Assembly: GCA_964557415.1 (NCBI GenBank)
Contig: CAZLBB010000007.1
Coordinates: 9,064 to 73,063, forward strand
Direction: 5' to 3'
Origin: an uncultured Rhodospirillaceae bacterium
GTDB taxonomy: Bacteria; Pseudomonadota; Alphaproteobacteria; JAEULC01
Length of the DNA: 64,000 nt
This document shows positions 1-8,922 of this stretch, piece by piece. Under the pieces are notes generated by a model. The model saw only the letters and a list, made by a program, of their open reading frames with translations. It searched no databases and had not been told where the DNA came from. Each line of letters opens with the position of its first letter. Within the stretch, counting starts at the first letter, position 1. A program made the position numbers and the translations under genes.

Positions 1-931
1 CGCGGCCGGCGCCCTGCTGACGGCTTCGGGCGATCTCGCGCTCATGGCGGTCGGCGCGTTGCTGCTGGGCCTCGGAGCGGGGCCCGAGGTGCCGGCCAGC
101 GTCCAGTTGCTCACGCGGGTGACGACGGCGGGCAATCGGCCTCTGGTGTTCGCGATCAAGCATACCGGCTGGACCCTCGGCTCGGCCACGGTCGGCGCGC
201 TCGGCCCGGCGCTCGCCCTGACCCTGGGCTGGCAGGGAAGCGTCATCGTCTTCGGCGCCGCCTGCGCGCTCGCCGTCCTGGCGGTCGAGCCGGGGCGACG
301 GCGGTTCGACCCAGGCCATGTCGCCTCCGCGCCGCCGCGCGGCGCGGTGTTCGAGTCGCTGCGTGCCATCGCGCGTTCGGGCCCGCTTCGCCGCATCACG
401 ACCGTCGCCGTCGTGCTGACCGTCGCCTTCAATGCCTATATGGCGTTCCTGGTCTCGCTGTTCGTGGTCGAGCTCGGCTATGCGCTGGCGCTGGCCGGGT
501 CGATCTTCACGCTCGGCAATTTCGGGGTGATCGTCGGGCGCATCGGCTGCGGCTCGATCGCCGGGCGTTGGGTCGAGCCCGGCGCGCTGCTGCTGATCAT
601 CGGTTTCGGCATGGCGTTCCTTGCCGCCGTGGTCGGCATGGCGACGCCGCAATGGCCGGTCGTCGCCGTGGCGATCGCGGCGATCCTGTTCGGCATGATC
701 GGCGGCGGCTGGTTCGGCGTGTGCCTCTCCGAGATCGCCCGGCTGGCGCCGCCGGACCAGGTCGGGCTGGTGACCGGCGGCGTGCTCGTGTTCCACTACA
801 TGACGATCATCGTCGCGCCGCTCAGCTTCGCCGCGATCGCCGCCGGCTTCGGCTACGGCTGGGGCTTCCTCGCCGTCGCCCTTGTCACGGCGCTCGGCCT
901 GCTGCCGATGCTGGCGCCGAGGCGGCGCTGA
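1..931 (+). CDS. Polytopic membrane transporter, MFS-like, C-terminal part. The gene is 5-prime partial: the frame is open from base 2 with no stop before the first Met at 44.
   Basis: Multiple hydrophobic helices in two halves separated by a basic loop (GRRRFDP). The open reading frame continues upstream of the window. GC3-rich codon usage. Confidence 0.5.
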   Translation, partial: AAGALLTASGDLALMAVGALLLGLGAGPEVPASVQLLTRVTTAGNRPLVFAIKHTGWTLGSATVGALGPALALTLGWQGSVIVFGAACALAVLAVEPGRRRFDPGHVASAPPRGAVFESLRAIARSGPLRRITTVAVVLTVAFNAYMAFLVSLFVVELGYALALAGSIFTLGNFGVIVGRIGCGSIAGRWVEPGALLLIIGFGMAFLAAVVGMATPQWPVVAVAIAAILFGMIGGGWFGVCLSEIARLAPPDQVGLVTGGVLVFHYMTIIVAPLSFAAIAAGFGYGWGFLAVALVTALGLLPMLAPRRR

Positions 932-1009
932 GACGGAAGCGCGCGCGATCCGTCATCCGTCATCAATGGCGGAAATCCGCCATCGGACGGTGACGGATGG
1001 CCGTTCGGG

Positions 1010-1669
1010 CTACCCCTTCGCCACGCCGACCAGGGCCGGGCGCAGCAGCCTGCCGTGGATCACGAAGCCGGCCTGCAGCACCTGCACCACGGTGCCGTTC
1101 GGCTTGCCCGTGCCCGGAACCTCGAACATGGCTTGGTGGAAGTTGGGGTCGAAGGGCTGGTCCATCGGCGCGACCATGGTGATCCCGTATTTCTCCAGCA
1201 TCGACTGCAGCTGGCGCTCGGTCAGCTCGACGCCCTCGATCAGGGTGGCCAGCGCCGTGTTGCCGGTGCGGGCCTCGGCGGGCACCGAGTCGATGGCGCG
1301 GCGCAGGTTGTCGGCCACGGTCAGCACGTCGCGGGCGAAGTTGGCGATGGCGTATTTCGATGCCTCCTCGCGGTCGCGCTCGGCGCGCCGGCGCGTGTTC
1401 TCGGTCTCGGCCAGCGCGCGCAGCAGCTGGTCCTTGAGCTGGTTCATCTCCGCCTGGGCGGCCGGCTCCTTGGCAGGTTCCGCCGGCGGCGGCTCGGCCG
1501 GCTCGGCGCCGGGCGGCGAGGCGGGCGGAAACTCCTCAGGCGTCGGCGCCTGGGAATAGGCGCGCGCGGCGGCCGCCGCGGCGGCGGGGCTGGACGCCGG
1601 CTCCGGCGACGGCTCGCGCCGCCCGCCGTCCAGGTCGTCGTGCTGATCGTTCTTGCGGGGATCGGTCAT
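1010..1669 (-). CDS. grpE: GrpE nucleotide exchange factor
   Basis: 219 aa with an Ala/Pro/Glu-rich N-terminus followed by GrpE core motifs (NFARDVLTVADNLRRA ... GVELTERQL ... KYGITMV). Sits immediately downstream of hrcA, the classic hrcA-grpE arrangement. Confidence 0.9.
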   Translation of the reverse strand: MTDPRKNDQHDDLDGGRREPSPEPASSPAAAAAAARAYSQAPTPEEFPPASPPGAEPAEPPPAEPAKEPAAQAEMNQLKDQLLRALAETENTRRRAERDREEASKYAIANFARDVLTVADNLRRAIDSVPAEARTGNTALATLIEGVELTERQLQSMLEKYGITMVAPMDQPFDPNFHQAMFEVPGTGKPNGTVVQVLQAGFVIHGRLLRPALVGVAKG

Positions 1670-1724
1670 GGGCGGAAATCCACTGTGTTCCGGAATGGGA
1701 GCAAGTTCGTGCGAGGACGACCGC

Positions 1725-2753
1725 TCAGCCGAGCAGGCGCCCGATCACCTTCGCCGTATAGTCGACCATCGGGATGATCCGCGCGTAGTTCATGCGCGTG
1801 GGCCCGATCACGCCGATGGCGCCGATGATCTTCTCCTCGCGGTTGGCGTAGGGCGCGATGATCACCGAGCAGCCGGCCATGGCGAACAGCTCGTTCTGCG
1901 CGCCGATGAAGATCTGCACGCCCTCGGCCTTTTCCGAAGCGTCGATGAGGCGCACCATGGCCTCTTTCGTCTCCAGCAGGGCGAACAGGGCGCGAATGCG
2001 CTCCAGGTCGGCCATCTGCTGCACGTCGGCCAGAAGCTGGCTCTGACCGCGCACCAGCAGGTAGCCGCTGGGCGCGGACCAGGTTGCAAGCCCCGCCTCG
2101 ACCACTTTCTGCGTCAGGGCATCGAGCTGGGCGCGGTGCTCCTCGAGCTCCTGTGCGATGGTGCGGCGCGCCTCGTCGAGCGTGCGCCCGACCAGGCGCT
2201 GCGCCAGGTAGTTCGAGGCCTCGACCAGGCTCGAGACCGGCATGCCCAGCGGGATGTCGATGATGCGGTTCTCGACCAGGCCGTTCTCGCTGACCAGCAC
2301 GACGAGCGCGCGGCCGGGCCCGAGCTGCACGAACTCGATATGCTTCAGCGGCGCCTCGGCCTTCGGCGCCACCACCAGCCCGGCGCAGCGCGACAGACCC
2401 GAGAGCGTCTGGGTCGCTTCCTCGAGCACGCTGGCGACGCTGCGGCCCGAAGCGGCGCAGCGGCCCTCGATGCTCTCGCGCTCCTCCTTCGACAGGGCGC
2501 CGATCTCCAGCAGCCCGTCCACGAACAGGCGCAGGCCCGCCTCGGTCGGCACGCGGCCGGCCGAGGTGTGGGGGGCGTACAGCAGCCCGGCTTCCTCCAG
2601 ATCCGCCATGACGTTGCGGATCGTCGCCGGCGACAACGCCATGCCCAGCCGGCGCGAGATCGTGCGCGAGCCCACCGCCTCGCCCGTCTCGACATAGGCG
2701 TCGACGATATGCCGGAAGATCTCCCGCGACCGTTCGTTCAGCGCCCCGATCAT
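1725..2753 (-). CDS. hrcA: HrcA heat-inducible transcription repressor
   Basis: 342 aa. The N-terminus LNERSREIFRHIVDAYVETGEAVGSRTISRRL is the typical winged-helix HrcA start. Full-length similarity to the HrcA family; upstream of grpE. Confidence 0.9.
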   Translation of the reverse strand: MIGALNERSREIFRHIVDAYVETGEAVGSRTISRRLGMALSPATIRNVMADLEEAGLLYAPHTSAGRVPTEAGLRLFVDGLLEIGALSKEERESIEGRCAASGRSVASVLEEATQTLSGLSRCAGLVVAPKAEAPLKHIEFVQLGPGRALVVLVSENGLVENRIIDIPLGMPVSSLVEASNYLAQRLVGRTLDEARRTIAQELEEHRAQLDALTQKVVEAGLATWSAPSGYLLVRGQSQLLADVQQMADLERIRALFALLETKEAMVRLIDASEKAEGVQIFIGAQNELFAMAGCSVIIAPYANREEKIIGAIGVIGPTRMNYARIIPMVDYTAKVIGRLLG

Positions 2754-2899
2754 CGCCCGGCGTTCATCACCCTGTGCGTCCCTGGAAACGCTGTGCTATG
2801 TAGTCGCGCCATGCCGAGGCGTCAACCGGACCTCCGCGCGGCTCGATGCCGATCCGGCTTTGACTTCAACCCCTTGACCCGAACCACGCAGGCCCGCCC

Positions 2900-3616
2900 A
2901 TGCGCCCTTCCGGCCGCGCCCCCGACCAGCTACGCAGCGTCGTTCTCGAACCCGGCTTCAGCAAGCATGCCGAGGGCTCGTGCATGGCGCGCTTCGGCGA
3001 CACGCACGTGCTGTGCACCGCCTCGGTCGAGGACAAGGTGCCGCCGTTCCTGCGCAATTCCGGCCAGGGCTGGGTCACGGCCGAATACGGCATGCTGCCG
3101 CGCTCGACCGGCACGCGCACCGAGCGCGAGGCCTCGCGCGGCAAGCAGTCCGGCCGCACGCAGGAGATCCAGCGGCTGATCGGCCGCTCCTTGCGCGCCG
3201 TGATGGACCTCAAGGCGCTGGGCGAGCTGCAGATCAAGATCGACTGCGACGTGATCCAGGCCGACGGCGGCACGCGCACGGCCGCGATCACCGGATCGTA
3301 CGTGGCGCTGCACCAGGCGGTCGGCCACCTGCGCAAGCTCGGCGCGATCAAGGCGGCGCCGCTGGTCGACCAGGTCGCCGCGGTCTCCTGCGGCCTCTAC
3401 CGCGGCGTGCCCGTGCTCGACCTCGACTACGACGAGGACAGCGGCGCCGACGCCGACGCCAATTTCGTGCTGACCGGCAAGGGCGGCATCGTCGAGGTCC
3501 AGGGCACGGCGGAGAAGACGCCGTTCACCGACGAGCAGTTCGACGCCCTGATGAAGCTGGCGCGCAAGGGCATCACCGAGCTGCTGGAAGCGCAGCGCAA
3601 GGCCCTGGGGACATGA
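2900..3616 (+). CDS. rph: Ribonuclease PH
   Basis: 238 aa with the RNase PH hallmark stretch (RxxGRxxDQLR ... [14 protein letters not shown] ... [18 protein letters not shown]). The stop overlaps the start of the next gene as ATGA. Confidence 0.9.
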   Translation: MRPSGRAPDQLRSVVLEPGFSKHAEGSCMARFGDTHVLCTASVEDKVPPFLRNSGQGWVTAEYGMLPRSTGTRTEREASRGKQSGRTQEIQRLIGRSLRAVMDLKALGELQIKIDCDVIQADGGTRTAAITGSYVALHQAVGHLRKLGAIKAAPLVDQVAAVSCGLYRGVPVLDLDYDEDSGADADANFVLTGKGGIVEVQGTAEKTPFTDEQFDALMKLARKGITELLEAQRKALGT

Positions 3617-4221
3617 ACAGGCCGCCCGACGGGCGGCTGGTCATCGCCACGCACAACCCCGGCAAGCTCAAGGAGATGGCCGAGCTCGTCGGTCCCTACG
3701 GCTTCGAGTGCGTCAGCGCCGGCGCGCTCGGCCTGCCCGAACCCGAAGAGACCGGCGATACCTTCGTTTCCAATGCCGAGCTGAAGGCCCGCGCCGCCGC
3801 CGCGGGCAGCGGGCTGATGGCGCTGGCCGACGATTCCGGCCTGGTCGTTTCGGCGCTGGGCGGCGAGCCCGGCATTCATTCCGCGCGCTGGGCCGAAGGT
3901 GCCGGCGGCCGCGATTTCCGCCGCGCCATGGAGCGGGTCGAGCGCGCGCTGGGTGACAATCCGGACCGGCGTGCCTATTTCATCAGCGTGCTGAGCCTGG
4001 CCTGGCCCGACGGCCGCGTCCGCTCGTTCGAGGGGCGCGTCTACGGCACGCTGGTCTGGCCGCCGCGCGGCGGCCGCGGCTTCGGCTACGACCCGATGTT
4101 CCGGCCCTTGGGCCACGCCGAGACCTTCGGCGAGATGGAGCCCGCCGCCAAGCACCGCATCAGCCACCGCGCCGAGGCGTTCCGCAGGCTGGTGGCGGGC
4201 ATGGGGTGGACCGGGGGCTGA
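3613..4221 (+). CDS. rdgB: RdgB/HAM1 non-canonical purine NTP pyrophosphatase (dITP/XTP pyrophosphatase)
   Basis: The ATG at 3613 overlaps the rph stop (ATGA). The translation [14 protein letters not shown] ... FRP is the Ham1/RdgB family signature. Everything the ORF-track entry 2980..4221 adds upstream of 3613 is an antisense/read-through artefact. Confidence 0.85.
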   Translation: MNRPPDGRLVIATHNPGKLKEMAELVGPYGFECVSAGALGLPEPEETGDTFVSNAELKARAAAAGSGLMALADDSGLVVSALGGEPGIHSARWAEGAGGRDFRRAMERVERALGDNPDRRAYFISVLSLAWPDGRVRSFEGRVYGTLVWPPRGGRGFGYDPMFRPLGHAETFGEMEPAAKHRISHRAEAFRRLVAGMGWTGG

Positions 4222-4232
4222 TACACCGCGTT

Positions 4233-4303
4233 TCCTCGTCCTTCGACAAGCTCAGGACGAGGTGGTTCGTTGGCCTCGTCCTGAGCTTGTCGAAGGATGA
4301 AGG
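4233..4303. repeat. Large nested inverted repeat (REP/MITE-like hairpin) between rdgB and hemW
   Basis: Seen directly in the sequence. The left arm at 4233-4262 (TCCTCGTCCTTCGACAAGCTCAGGACGAGG) and the right arm at 4274-4303 are reverse complements: a 24-bp perfect core, then 3 mismatches over 6 bp, with an 11-nt loop. Each arm is itself a CCTCGTCC..GGACGAGG palindrome. Confidence 0.6.
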
Positions 4304-4315
4304 CGCTTGGCGCGC

Positions 4316-5476
4316 ATGACACAGACAGACACCTGCTTCGGCGTCTACGTGCACTGGCCGTTCTGCCGGTCGAAGTGTCCGTATTGCGACTTCAACAGCC
4401 ACGTGCGCGAGTCCATCGACCAGACGCGCTGGCGCCGCGCGCTGCTGGCCGAACTCGACCACTGGGCCGACCAGATTCCGGAACGGCGCGTCACCAGCCT
4501 GTTCTTCGGCGGCGGCACGCCGTCGCTGATGGAGCCCGAGACGGTGGCGGCGCTGATCGCGCGCGTGCGCCGGCGCTGGCCGGTTGCCGACGATCTCGAG
4601 ATCACGCTCGAGGCCAATCCGACCTCGGTCGAGCGATCGCGCTTCGCCGCCCTGGCGGAAGCCGGGGTCAACCGCGTGTCGCTCGGCGTGCAGGCGCTCG
4701 ACGATCGGGCACTCGGCTTCCTCGGCCGCCAGCACAGCGCCGGCGAGGCGCTCGAAGCGGTAGCCACGGCGCACCGGCACTTCGCCCGTGTGTCCTTCGA
4801 CCTGATCTATGCGCGGCCGGGGCAGGGCGTCGCGGATTGGCGGCGCGAGCTTGGCGAAGCGCTCTCGCATGCCGGCGAGCATCTGTCGGTCTACCAGCTC
4901 ACCATCGAGAGGCAAACCGCGTTCGAAGGCGCGCATCGGCGGGGCGAGTTCGCCTTGCCCGACGAGGACACGGCGACGGCGCTGTTCGAGGCCACGGGGG
5001 AGATTCTGGCCGCATCCGGCCGCGCGGCCTACGAGGTGTCGAACCATGCGCGTCCCGGCGCGGAATGCCGGCACAACCTGACCTACTGGCGCTACGGCGA
5101 CTATGTCGGCATCGGCCCCGGTGCGCACGGCCGGCCGCGCGTTTCCGGCGAAAAGCTGGCGACGCGCCAGCACCGCGCGCCGGAGATCTGGCTCGATGAA
5201 GTCGAGCGTCAAGGCCACGCGACGACCGAACGCCGCGCGCTGCCGCCGGCGGAGCAAGCGCAGGAGGCGCTGATGATGGGGCTCAGGCTCAGCGAGGGCA
5301 TCGACGCGGCGCGTTTCCATGCCGCGACCGGCGTGAGGCTGGAGCATGCGGTCGATCGCGCCGGGCTCGACGTGCTGGTCGAAGCCGGATTTGTGCAACG
5401 CGACGGCGCCACGATCCGCGCGACGCCGGAAGGCGTGCTGCGGCTGGACGCGGTGCTGGCGCGGCTCGCCGCCTGA
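4316..5476 (+). CDS. hemW: Radical-SAM haem chaperone HemW (HemN-like, oxygen-independent coproporphyrinogen-III oxidase family)
   Basis: Radical SAM CxxxCxxC motif near the N-terminus (HWPFCRSKCPYCDF). Conserved rph-rdgB-hemW gene order. The ATG at 4316 is preferred over the TTG at 4307 that the ORF track used. Confidence 0.85.
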   Translation: MTQTDTCFGVYVHWPFCRSKCPYCDFNSHVRESIDQTRWRRALLAELDHWADQIPERRVTSLFFGGGTPSLMEPETVAALIARVRRRWPVADDLEITLEANPTSVERSRFAALAEAGVNRVSLGVQALDDRALGFLGRQHSAGEALEAVATAHRHFARVSFDLIYARPGQGVADWRRELGEALSHAGEHLSVYQLTIERQTAFEGAHRRGEFALPDEDTATALFEATGEILAASGRAAYEVSNHARPGAECRHNLTYWRYGDYVGIGPGAHGRPRVSGEKLATRQHRAPEIWLDEVERQGHATTERRALPPAEQAQEALMMGLRLSEGIDAARFHAATGVRLEHAVDRAGLDVLVEAGFVQRDGATIRATPEGVLRLDAVLARLAA

Positions 5477-5484
5477 GTGCGCGC

Positions 5485-7059
5485 TCAGTTAGTCTCGGCG
5501 AAGCTCTCCGGCGCCGGGTCGACGACCTTGACGCCGCGCGGCAGGACTTCCAGCACCGCCATGCCACGCTCGATCAGCCCGTCGGCGCGGAAGCGGAATA
5601 TGCCGGCGACGCCGGCATAGCCCGAGGGCTGCTCGATCAGGTCGGCGGTGAAGCCGCGGCCGCGGCCGAGCACGGCGGCGAGCGCCGCCGCGTCGTAGGC
5701 GAGCGCGGCCAGCCGCGGCGGCCGGCGCTTGAAGGTCTGCTCGTACAGTCGCTCGAATTCCTGGCGCGGTGCCGGTGGCGGCGCGGCGAACCAAGCGCCG
5801 ACCAGCGCCGGCTCGTTGCCGAGACCCGGCTCGTCCCACAGCGCCGTGCCGAGGATTTTGATCTTCGCCGGATCGATGTCGTAGTAGGGCAGGAGCGGCG
5901 CCAGGGCGCGCAGGCGCGCGCCCGACTCGGCGACCAGCAACGCGTCGAATCCCATCTCCGAGGATATCTGGTCCTGCAGCCGGCGCAGCTCGGCCTTCGA
6001 CGCGGCGTCGTTCTTGCCCTGCAGCTGCTGGATCTGGGCGCGCCGCCGCCCGTCGTACTTGGCCAGCGCACGCACCGCCGGGTTGAAATCCTCGGTGCCC
6101 GGATCATAGAGCTGCACGTCGGTCAGCGTGCCGCCATAGGCGGCCAGCGCCGCCTGCAACCCGACCGTGATCGCCTCGCCGTACTCGTTGCGCGGCGCCA
6201 GCACGGCGAAGCGCTCGATCTGCCGGCTGCGCGCGAAGGCGACGACGCGCAGCACCTGCGCCTCGGGCAGGAAGCCCATGATGTGGACGCCGCCGCCGGC
6301 GACGCTGCGGTCGTTGGAGAACGCCACCGCGTTGACGCCGCTGCCGCCGATCAGCCGCCCGACCTCGCGCGCCTCGGCGGCGAAGAGCGGCCCCAGCAGC
6401 AGCTGCGCACCTTCGGCTAGCGCCTGCTGCGCGGCCTGCTGCGCCGCCTCGGGGGAGCCGGCGGTGTCGAAGGGCCTGAGCACGACGTCTTCGACGCCCA
6501 TCTCGTAGGTCGCCAGCATCGCGGCGTCGAGCATGCTCTGGCCGAGGCCCGCCGCCTGGCCGCTCAGCGGCAGCAGCACGGCGATGGTCTTGTGCCCGGC
6601 GAAGACGCCCGGCACGGGCGCGGCGGACGGCGCGGGAATGATGGCGCCGGGCGGGTGCCCGAACAGCGTCGCCAGCGCACCGGGCGGCAGCGCCGCCGGC
6701 GGACCGGGCGGCGCTCCGGCCGGCGGCGGCAGGGCGCCGGGATCGACCACGACGCTTGCCTCCGTGCCGGGCGGCGGCAGCGGCTTCGCCGTCACCGGCG
6801 GCGCCGGCGGGATGAGCCGCGGTGCGCCGGGCTGTGCCGCGCCGGGCGGCGGTGCGGAAGGCTGCGGCGCGGCCGCGACGGCTTGTGGCGGCGGCGCTAC
6901 CTCCTTGACCCCGGGCCGTGGTAGGCCTGCGTCCTGGAACCGCATGAACGATTCCGTCGACGGCTCTTGCGGTCCGGGCCACCTCGTCACTAACGTCTTG
7001 CAGCCCGACAGCAGCGCCGCGCCAGCGAGCAGCAATGGCAACCAACAGCCACGCCTCAT
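5485..7059 (-). CDS. LpoA/YraM-like lipoprotein: a periplasmic-binding-protein type-1 fold with a Pro/Ala-rich linker. Putative penicillin-binding-protein activator.
   Basis: Signal peptide plus lipobox (LLSGC). A long P/A-rich low-complexity linker, then a Leu/Ile/Val-binding-protein-like domain. It is divergent from rsmI-yraN, as lpoA (yraM) is in E. coli. Confidence 0.7.
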   Translation of the reverse strand: MRRGCWLPLLLAGAALLSGCKTLVTRWPGPQEPSTESFMRFQDAGLPRPGVKEVAPPPQAVAAAPQPSAPPPGAAQPGAPRLIPPAPPVTAKPLPPPGTEASVVVDPGALPPPAGAPPGPPAALPPGALATLFGHPPGAIIPAPSAAPVPGVFAGHKTIAVLLPLSGQAAGLGQSMLDAAMLATYEMGVEDVVLRPFDTAGSPEAAQQAAQQALAEGAQLLLGPLFAAEAREVGRLIGGSGVNAVAFSNDRSVAGGGVHIMGFLPEAQVLRVVAFARSRQIERFAVLAPRNEYGEAITVGLQAALAAYGGTLTDVQLYDPGTEDFNPAVRALAKYDGRRRAQIQQLQGKNDAASKAELRRLQDQISSEMGFDALLVAESGARLRALAPLLPYYDIDPAKIKILGTALWDEPGLGNEPALVGAWFAAPPPAPRQEFERLYEQTFKRRPPRLAALAYDAAALAAVLGRGRGFTADLIEQPSGYAGVAGIFRFRADGLIERGMAVLEVLPRGVKVVDPAPESFAETN

Positions 7060-7958
7060 CCAGCGAGCCTAGCCGTGCCGTTCCGGCAAGTAAACCGGAC
7101 GCCGCCTATCCGGCGCCCGTCGGCTTGAGCATCGTCGCGACGCCGATCGGCAATGCCGGCGACATCACCTTGCGCGCGCTCGACACGCTGAAGCGCGTCG
7201 TCGCGGTGGCGTGCGAGGACACGCGCGTCACCATGAAGCTGTTCTCGATCCACGGCATCTCCACCAGGCTGATCGCCTACCACGACCACAATGCCGAGGA
7301 AATGCGGCCGAAGCTTGTCGCACGCCTGGCGGCGGGCGAGGCGCTGGCCCTGGTCTCTGACGCCGGTACGCCGCTGATCTCGGACCCCGGCTACAAGCTC
7401 GTGCGCGAGTGCCTCAACCGCGGCATCGCGGTGACGGCACTGCCGGGCCCGTCGGCGCTGATCGACGCCCTGGTGCTCTCGGGGCTCCCGAGTGACCGGT
7501 TCTTCTTCGCCGGCTTCCTGCCGCCGCGCGCGGCGGCACGCCGCGCCGCCATCGCCGGGCTCGCCGCCATCCCCGGCTCGCTCGTGCTCTACGAGGCGCC
7601 GCAGCGCCTGGTCGATTGCCTGTCCGACCTCGGCGACGTTCTCGGCGACCGCCCCGCCGCGGTGGCGCGCGAGCTGACCAAGCGCTTCGAGGAGCTTCGG
7701 CGCGACCGCCTCCCCGCGCTCGCCGGGCATTACGCGGCGGCGGGCGCGCCCAGGGGCGAAGTGGTGATCGTCGTCGGCCCGCCCGACCGCCCGGCCGGGG
7801 CGCCGGCCGTCGAGACGCGGCTCGACGCGATGCTGGGCGAGGCGATGGCGCGCGCGAGTCTGCGCGATGCGGTGGACGAGGTCGCCGCGGCCTTAGGGCT
7901 GCCGCGCCGCGTGGTCTACCGGCGCGCGCTGGCGCTCGGCCCGGCGGCGCCGCGATGA
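7035..7958 (+). CDS. rsmI: 16S rRNA (cytidine1402-2'-O)-methyltransferase RsmI
   Basis: Contains LSIVATPIGNAGDITLRAL ... EDTR, the tetrapyrrole-methylase-fold RsmI signature. The start is uncertain: the ATG at 7035 overlaps the divergent lipoprotein start by 25 bp. An in-frame TTG at 7125, which would give MSIVATPIGN, is an alternative. Confidence 0.85.
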   Translation: MATNSHASSSEPSRAVPASKPDAAYPAPVGLSIVATPIGNAGDITLRALDTLKRVVAVACEDTRVTMKLFSIHGISTRLIAYHDHNAEEMRPKLVARLAAGEALALVSDAGTPLISDPGYKLVRECLNRGIAVTALPGPSALIDALVLSGLPSDRFFFAGFLPPRAAARRAAIAGLAAIPGSLVLYEAPQRLVDCLSDLGDVLGDRPAAVARELTKRFEELRRDRLPALAGHYAAAGAPRGEVVIVVGPPDRPAGAPAVETRLDAMLGEAMARASLRDAVDEVAAALGLPRRVVYRRALALGPAAPR

Positions 7959-8317
7959 GCCAGCGCCGGGCGGCGGAGCGGCGCGGCTACAACGCCGAGA
8001 CGCTGTGCTGCTGGTGGCTCAGGCTCAAGGGCTATCGCATCCTCACCCGCCGCGTGCGCACGCCGATGGGAGAGATCGACATCCTGGCGCGGCGCGGCAA
8101 GGTGCTGGCCATCGTCGAGGTGAAGGCGCGCCCAAGCCGCGACCTGGCGGCGCTGTCGCTGTCGCCGCGCCAGCGCCATCGGCTCGGCCGCGCGGCGCGC
8201 TGGATCCTGTCGTCGCGCCCCGACCTCGCCGGACTCGACCTGCGCTTCGACGCCATGCTGGTGTCGCCTTGGCGGCCGCTGCGCCATGTCGCCGGCGCCT
8301 GGAATCAGGATGCTTGA
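7955..8317 (+). CDS. yraN: YraN-family (UPF0102) endonuclease-like protein
   Basis: The ATG at 7955 overlaps the rsmI stop (ATGA). The translation GEIDILARRGKVLAIVEVKAR is the UPF0102 core. The ORF-track entry 7616..8317 is an N-terminal over-extension. Confidence 0.8.
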   Translation: MSQRRAAERRGYNAETLCCWWLRLKGYRILTRRVRTPMGEIDILARRGKVLAIVEVKARPSRDLAALSLSPRQRHRLGRAARWILSSRPDLAGLDLRFDAMLVSPWRPLRHVAGAWNQDA

Positions 8318-8918
8318 GAAGCTGCGCGGCGGCGCGCTCGTCTGCCTCGCGATCCTGGCGGCGGCGCAGGCCGGCTGCAGCCCGGCCGGCATGGCGGTGG
8401 GCGCGGCATCGACCGCTGGCGTGGCGGCGGTGCAGGAGCGCGGCTTCACCGGCACGCTCAACGACACGAAGATAAAGGCGGCGATCAGCGAAGCCTACTT
8501 CAAGGCCAGCGAGACGATCTTCCTCAAGGTGACGCTGCGCGTGCACGAGGGCAAGGTCATGCTGCTGGGCGGGCTTGCCGACCGGTCGCTGCGCGATCGC
8601 GCCGTTCAGCTCGCCGCGGCCCAGACCGGCGTCAGGCAGGTGATCGACGAGCTGCAGCCGGTCGAGGGCGGCGTCGGCGACTACGCCCGGGACACCTGGA
8701 TCACCACGCAGGTCAACGCCAAGCTCACCTTCGACGAGTACGTGCTGGCGGTGAACTACTCGGTCGACACGGTGGGCGGCGTGGTCTACCTGATGGGGAT
8801 CGCCCAGGACCAGCACGAGCTGGACCGCGTGATCGACCATGCCAACGACGTGCGCTATGTGAAGCGCGTGGTCAGCCATGTCATGCTCAAGGACGATCCG
8901 CGCCGGAAAGGCAGCTGA
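8310..8918 (+). CDS. Lipoprotein with two BON domains (OsmY/YraP/DolP-like)
   Basis: Signal peptide plus lipobox (AAQAGC), then two BON repeats (KAAISEAYFK ... VKVTLRVHEGKVMLLG and VNAKLTFDEY ... VGGVVYLMG). Follows yraN, as yraP does in E. coli. An alternative start lies at 8286. Confidence 0.75.
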   Translation: MLEKLRGGALVCLAILAAAQAGCSPAGMAVGAASTAGVAAVQERGFTGTLNDTKIKAAISEAYFKASETIFLKVTLRVHEGKVMLLGGLADRSLRDRAVQLAAAQTGVRQVIDELQPVEGGVGDYARDTWITTQVNAKLTFDEYVLAVNYSVDTVGGVVYLMGIAQDQHELDRVIDHANDVRYVKRVVSHVMLKDDPRRKGS

Positions 8919-8922
8919 TCCG

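Noticed and set aside
2754-2899. Expected CIRCE operator (TTAGCACTC-N9-GAGTGCTAA) upstream of hrcA
   Set aside because: Read on both strands; no match or near-match was found. In Alphaproteobacteria, CIRCE is often only upstream of groESL.
1653-3179. 508-aa ORF on + strand spanning hrcA/rph region
   Set aside because: It is antisense to hrcA and overlaps rph out of frame. The translation is Arg/Ala/Gly/Pro-rich low complexity, as expected for stop-poor frames in a ~68% GC genome. Many other track entries were rejected on the same grounds: 4160..5398(-), 6104..7045(-), 10295..11038(-), 10633..11904(+), 12088..13488(-), 12360..13553(+), 13482..15191(-), 13595..15328(+), 18076..19221(+), 19468..21078(+), 21907..23781(-), 22731..24218(+), 25740..26786(+), 26992..28149(-), 27126..28724(+), 29599..32844(-), 30786..32474(+), 33112..34956(+), 37012..38070(-), 38021..39157(-), 41041..42504(-), 42609..44324(+), 42829..45666(-), 46015..47529(-), 47637..48968(-), 49095..50690(+), 51227..54739(-), 52447..54903(+), 55083..56426(+), 57810..58904(-), 59168..60196(-), 60162..61571(+), 61631..62923(+) and 62825..63910(-).
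2980-4221. 413-aa ORF presented as one protein
   Set aside because: Only the last 202 codons (from the ATG at 3613) are rdgB. The upstream part runs antisense or out of frame through rph. The same over-extension applies to 7616..8317 (yraN), 15090..16313 (LysR), 34880..36904 (IMPase), 36880..38103 (pheA), 46209..49028 (amidase), 54888..57761 (SBP), 56423..60172 (phytase-like) and 24628..26031 (membrane protein).
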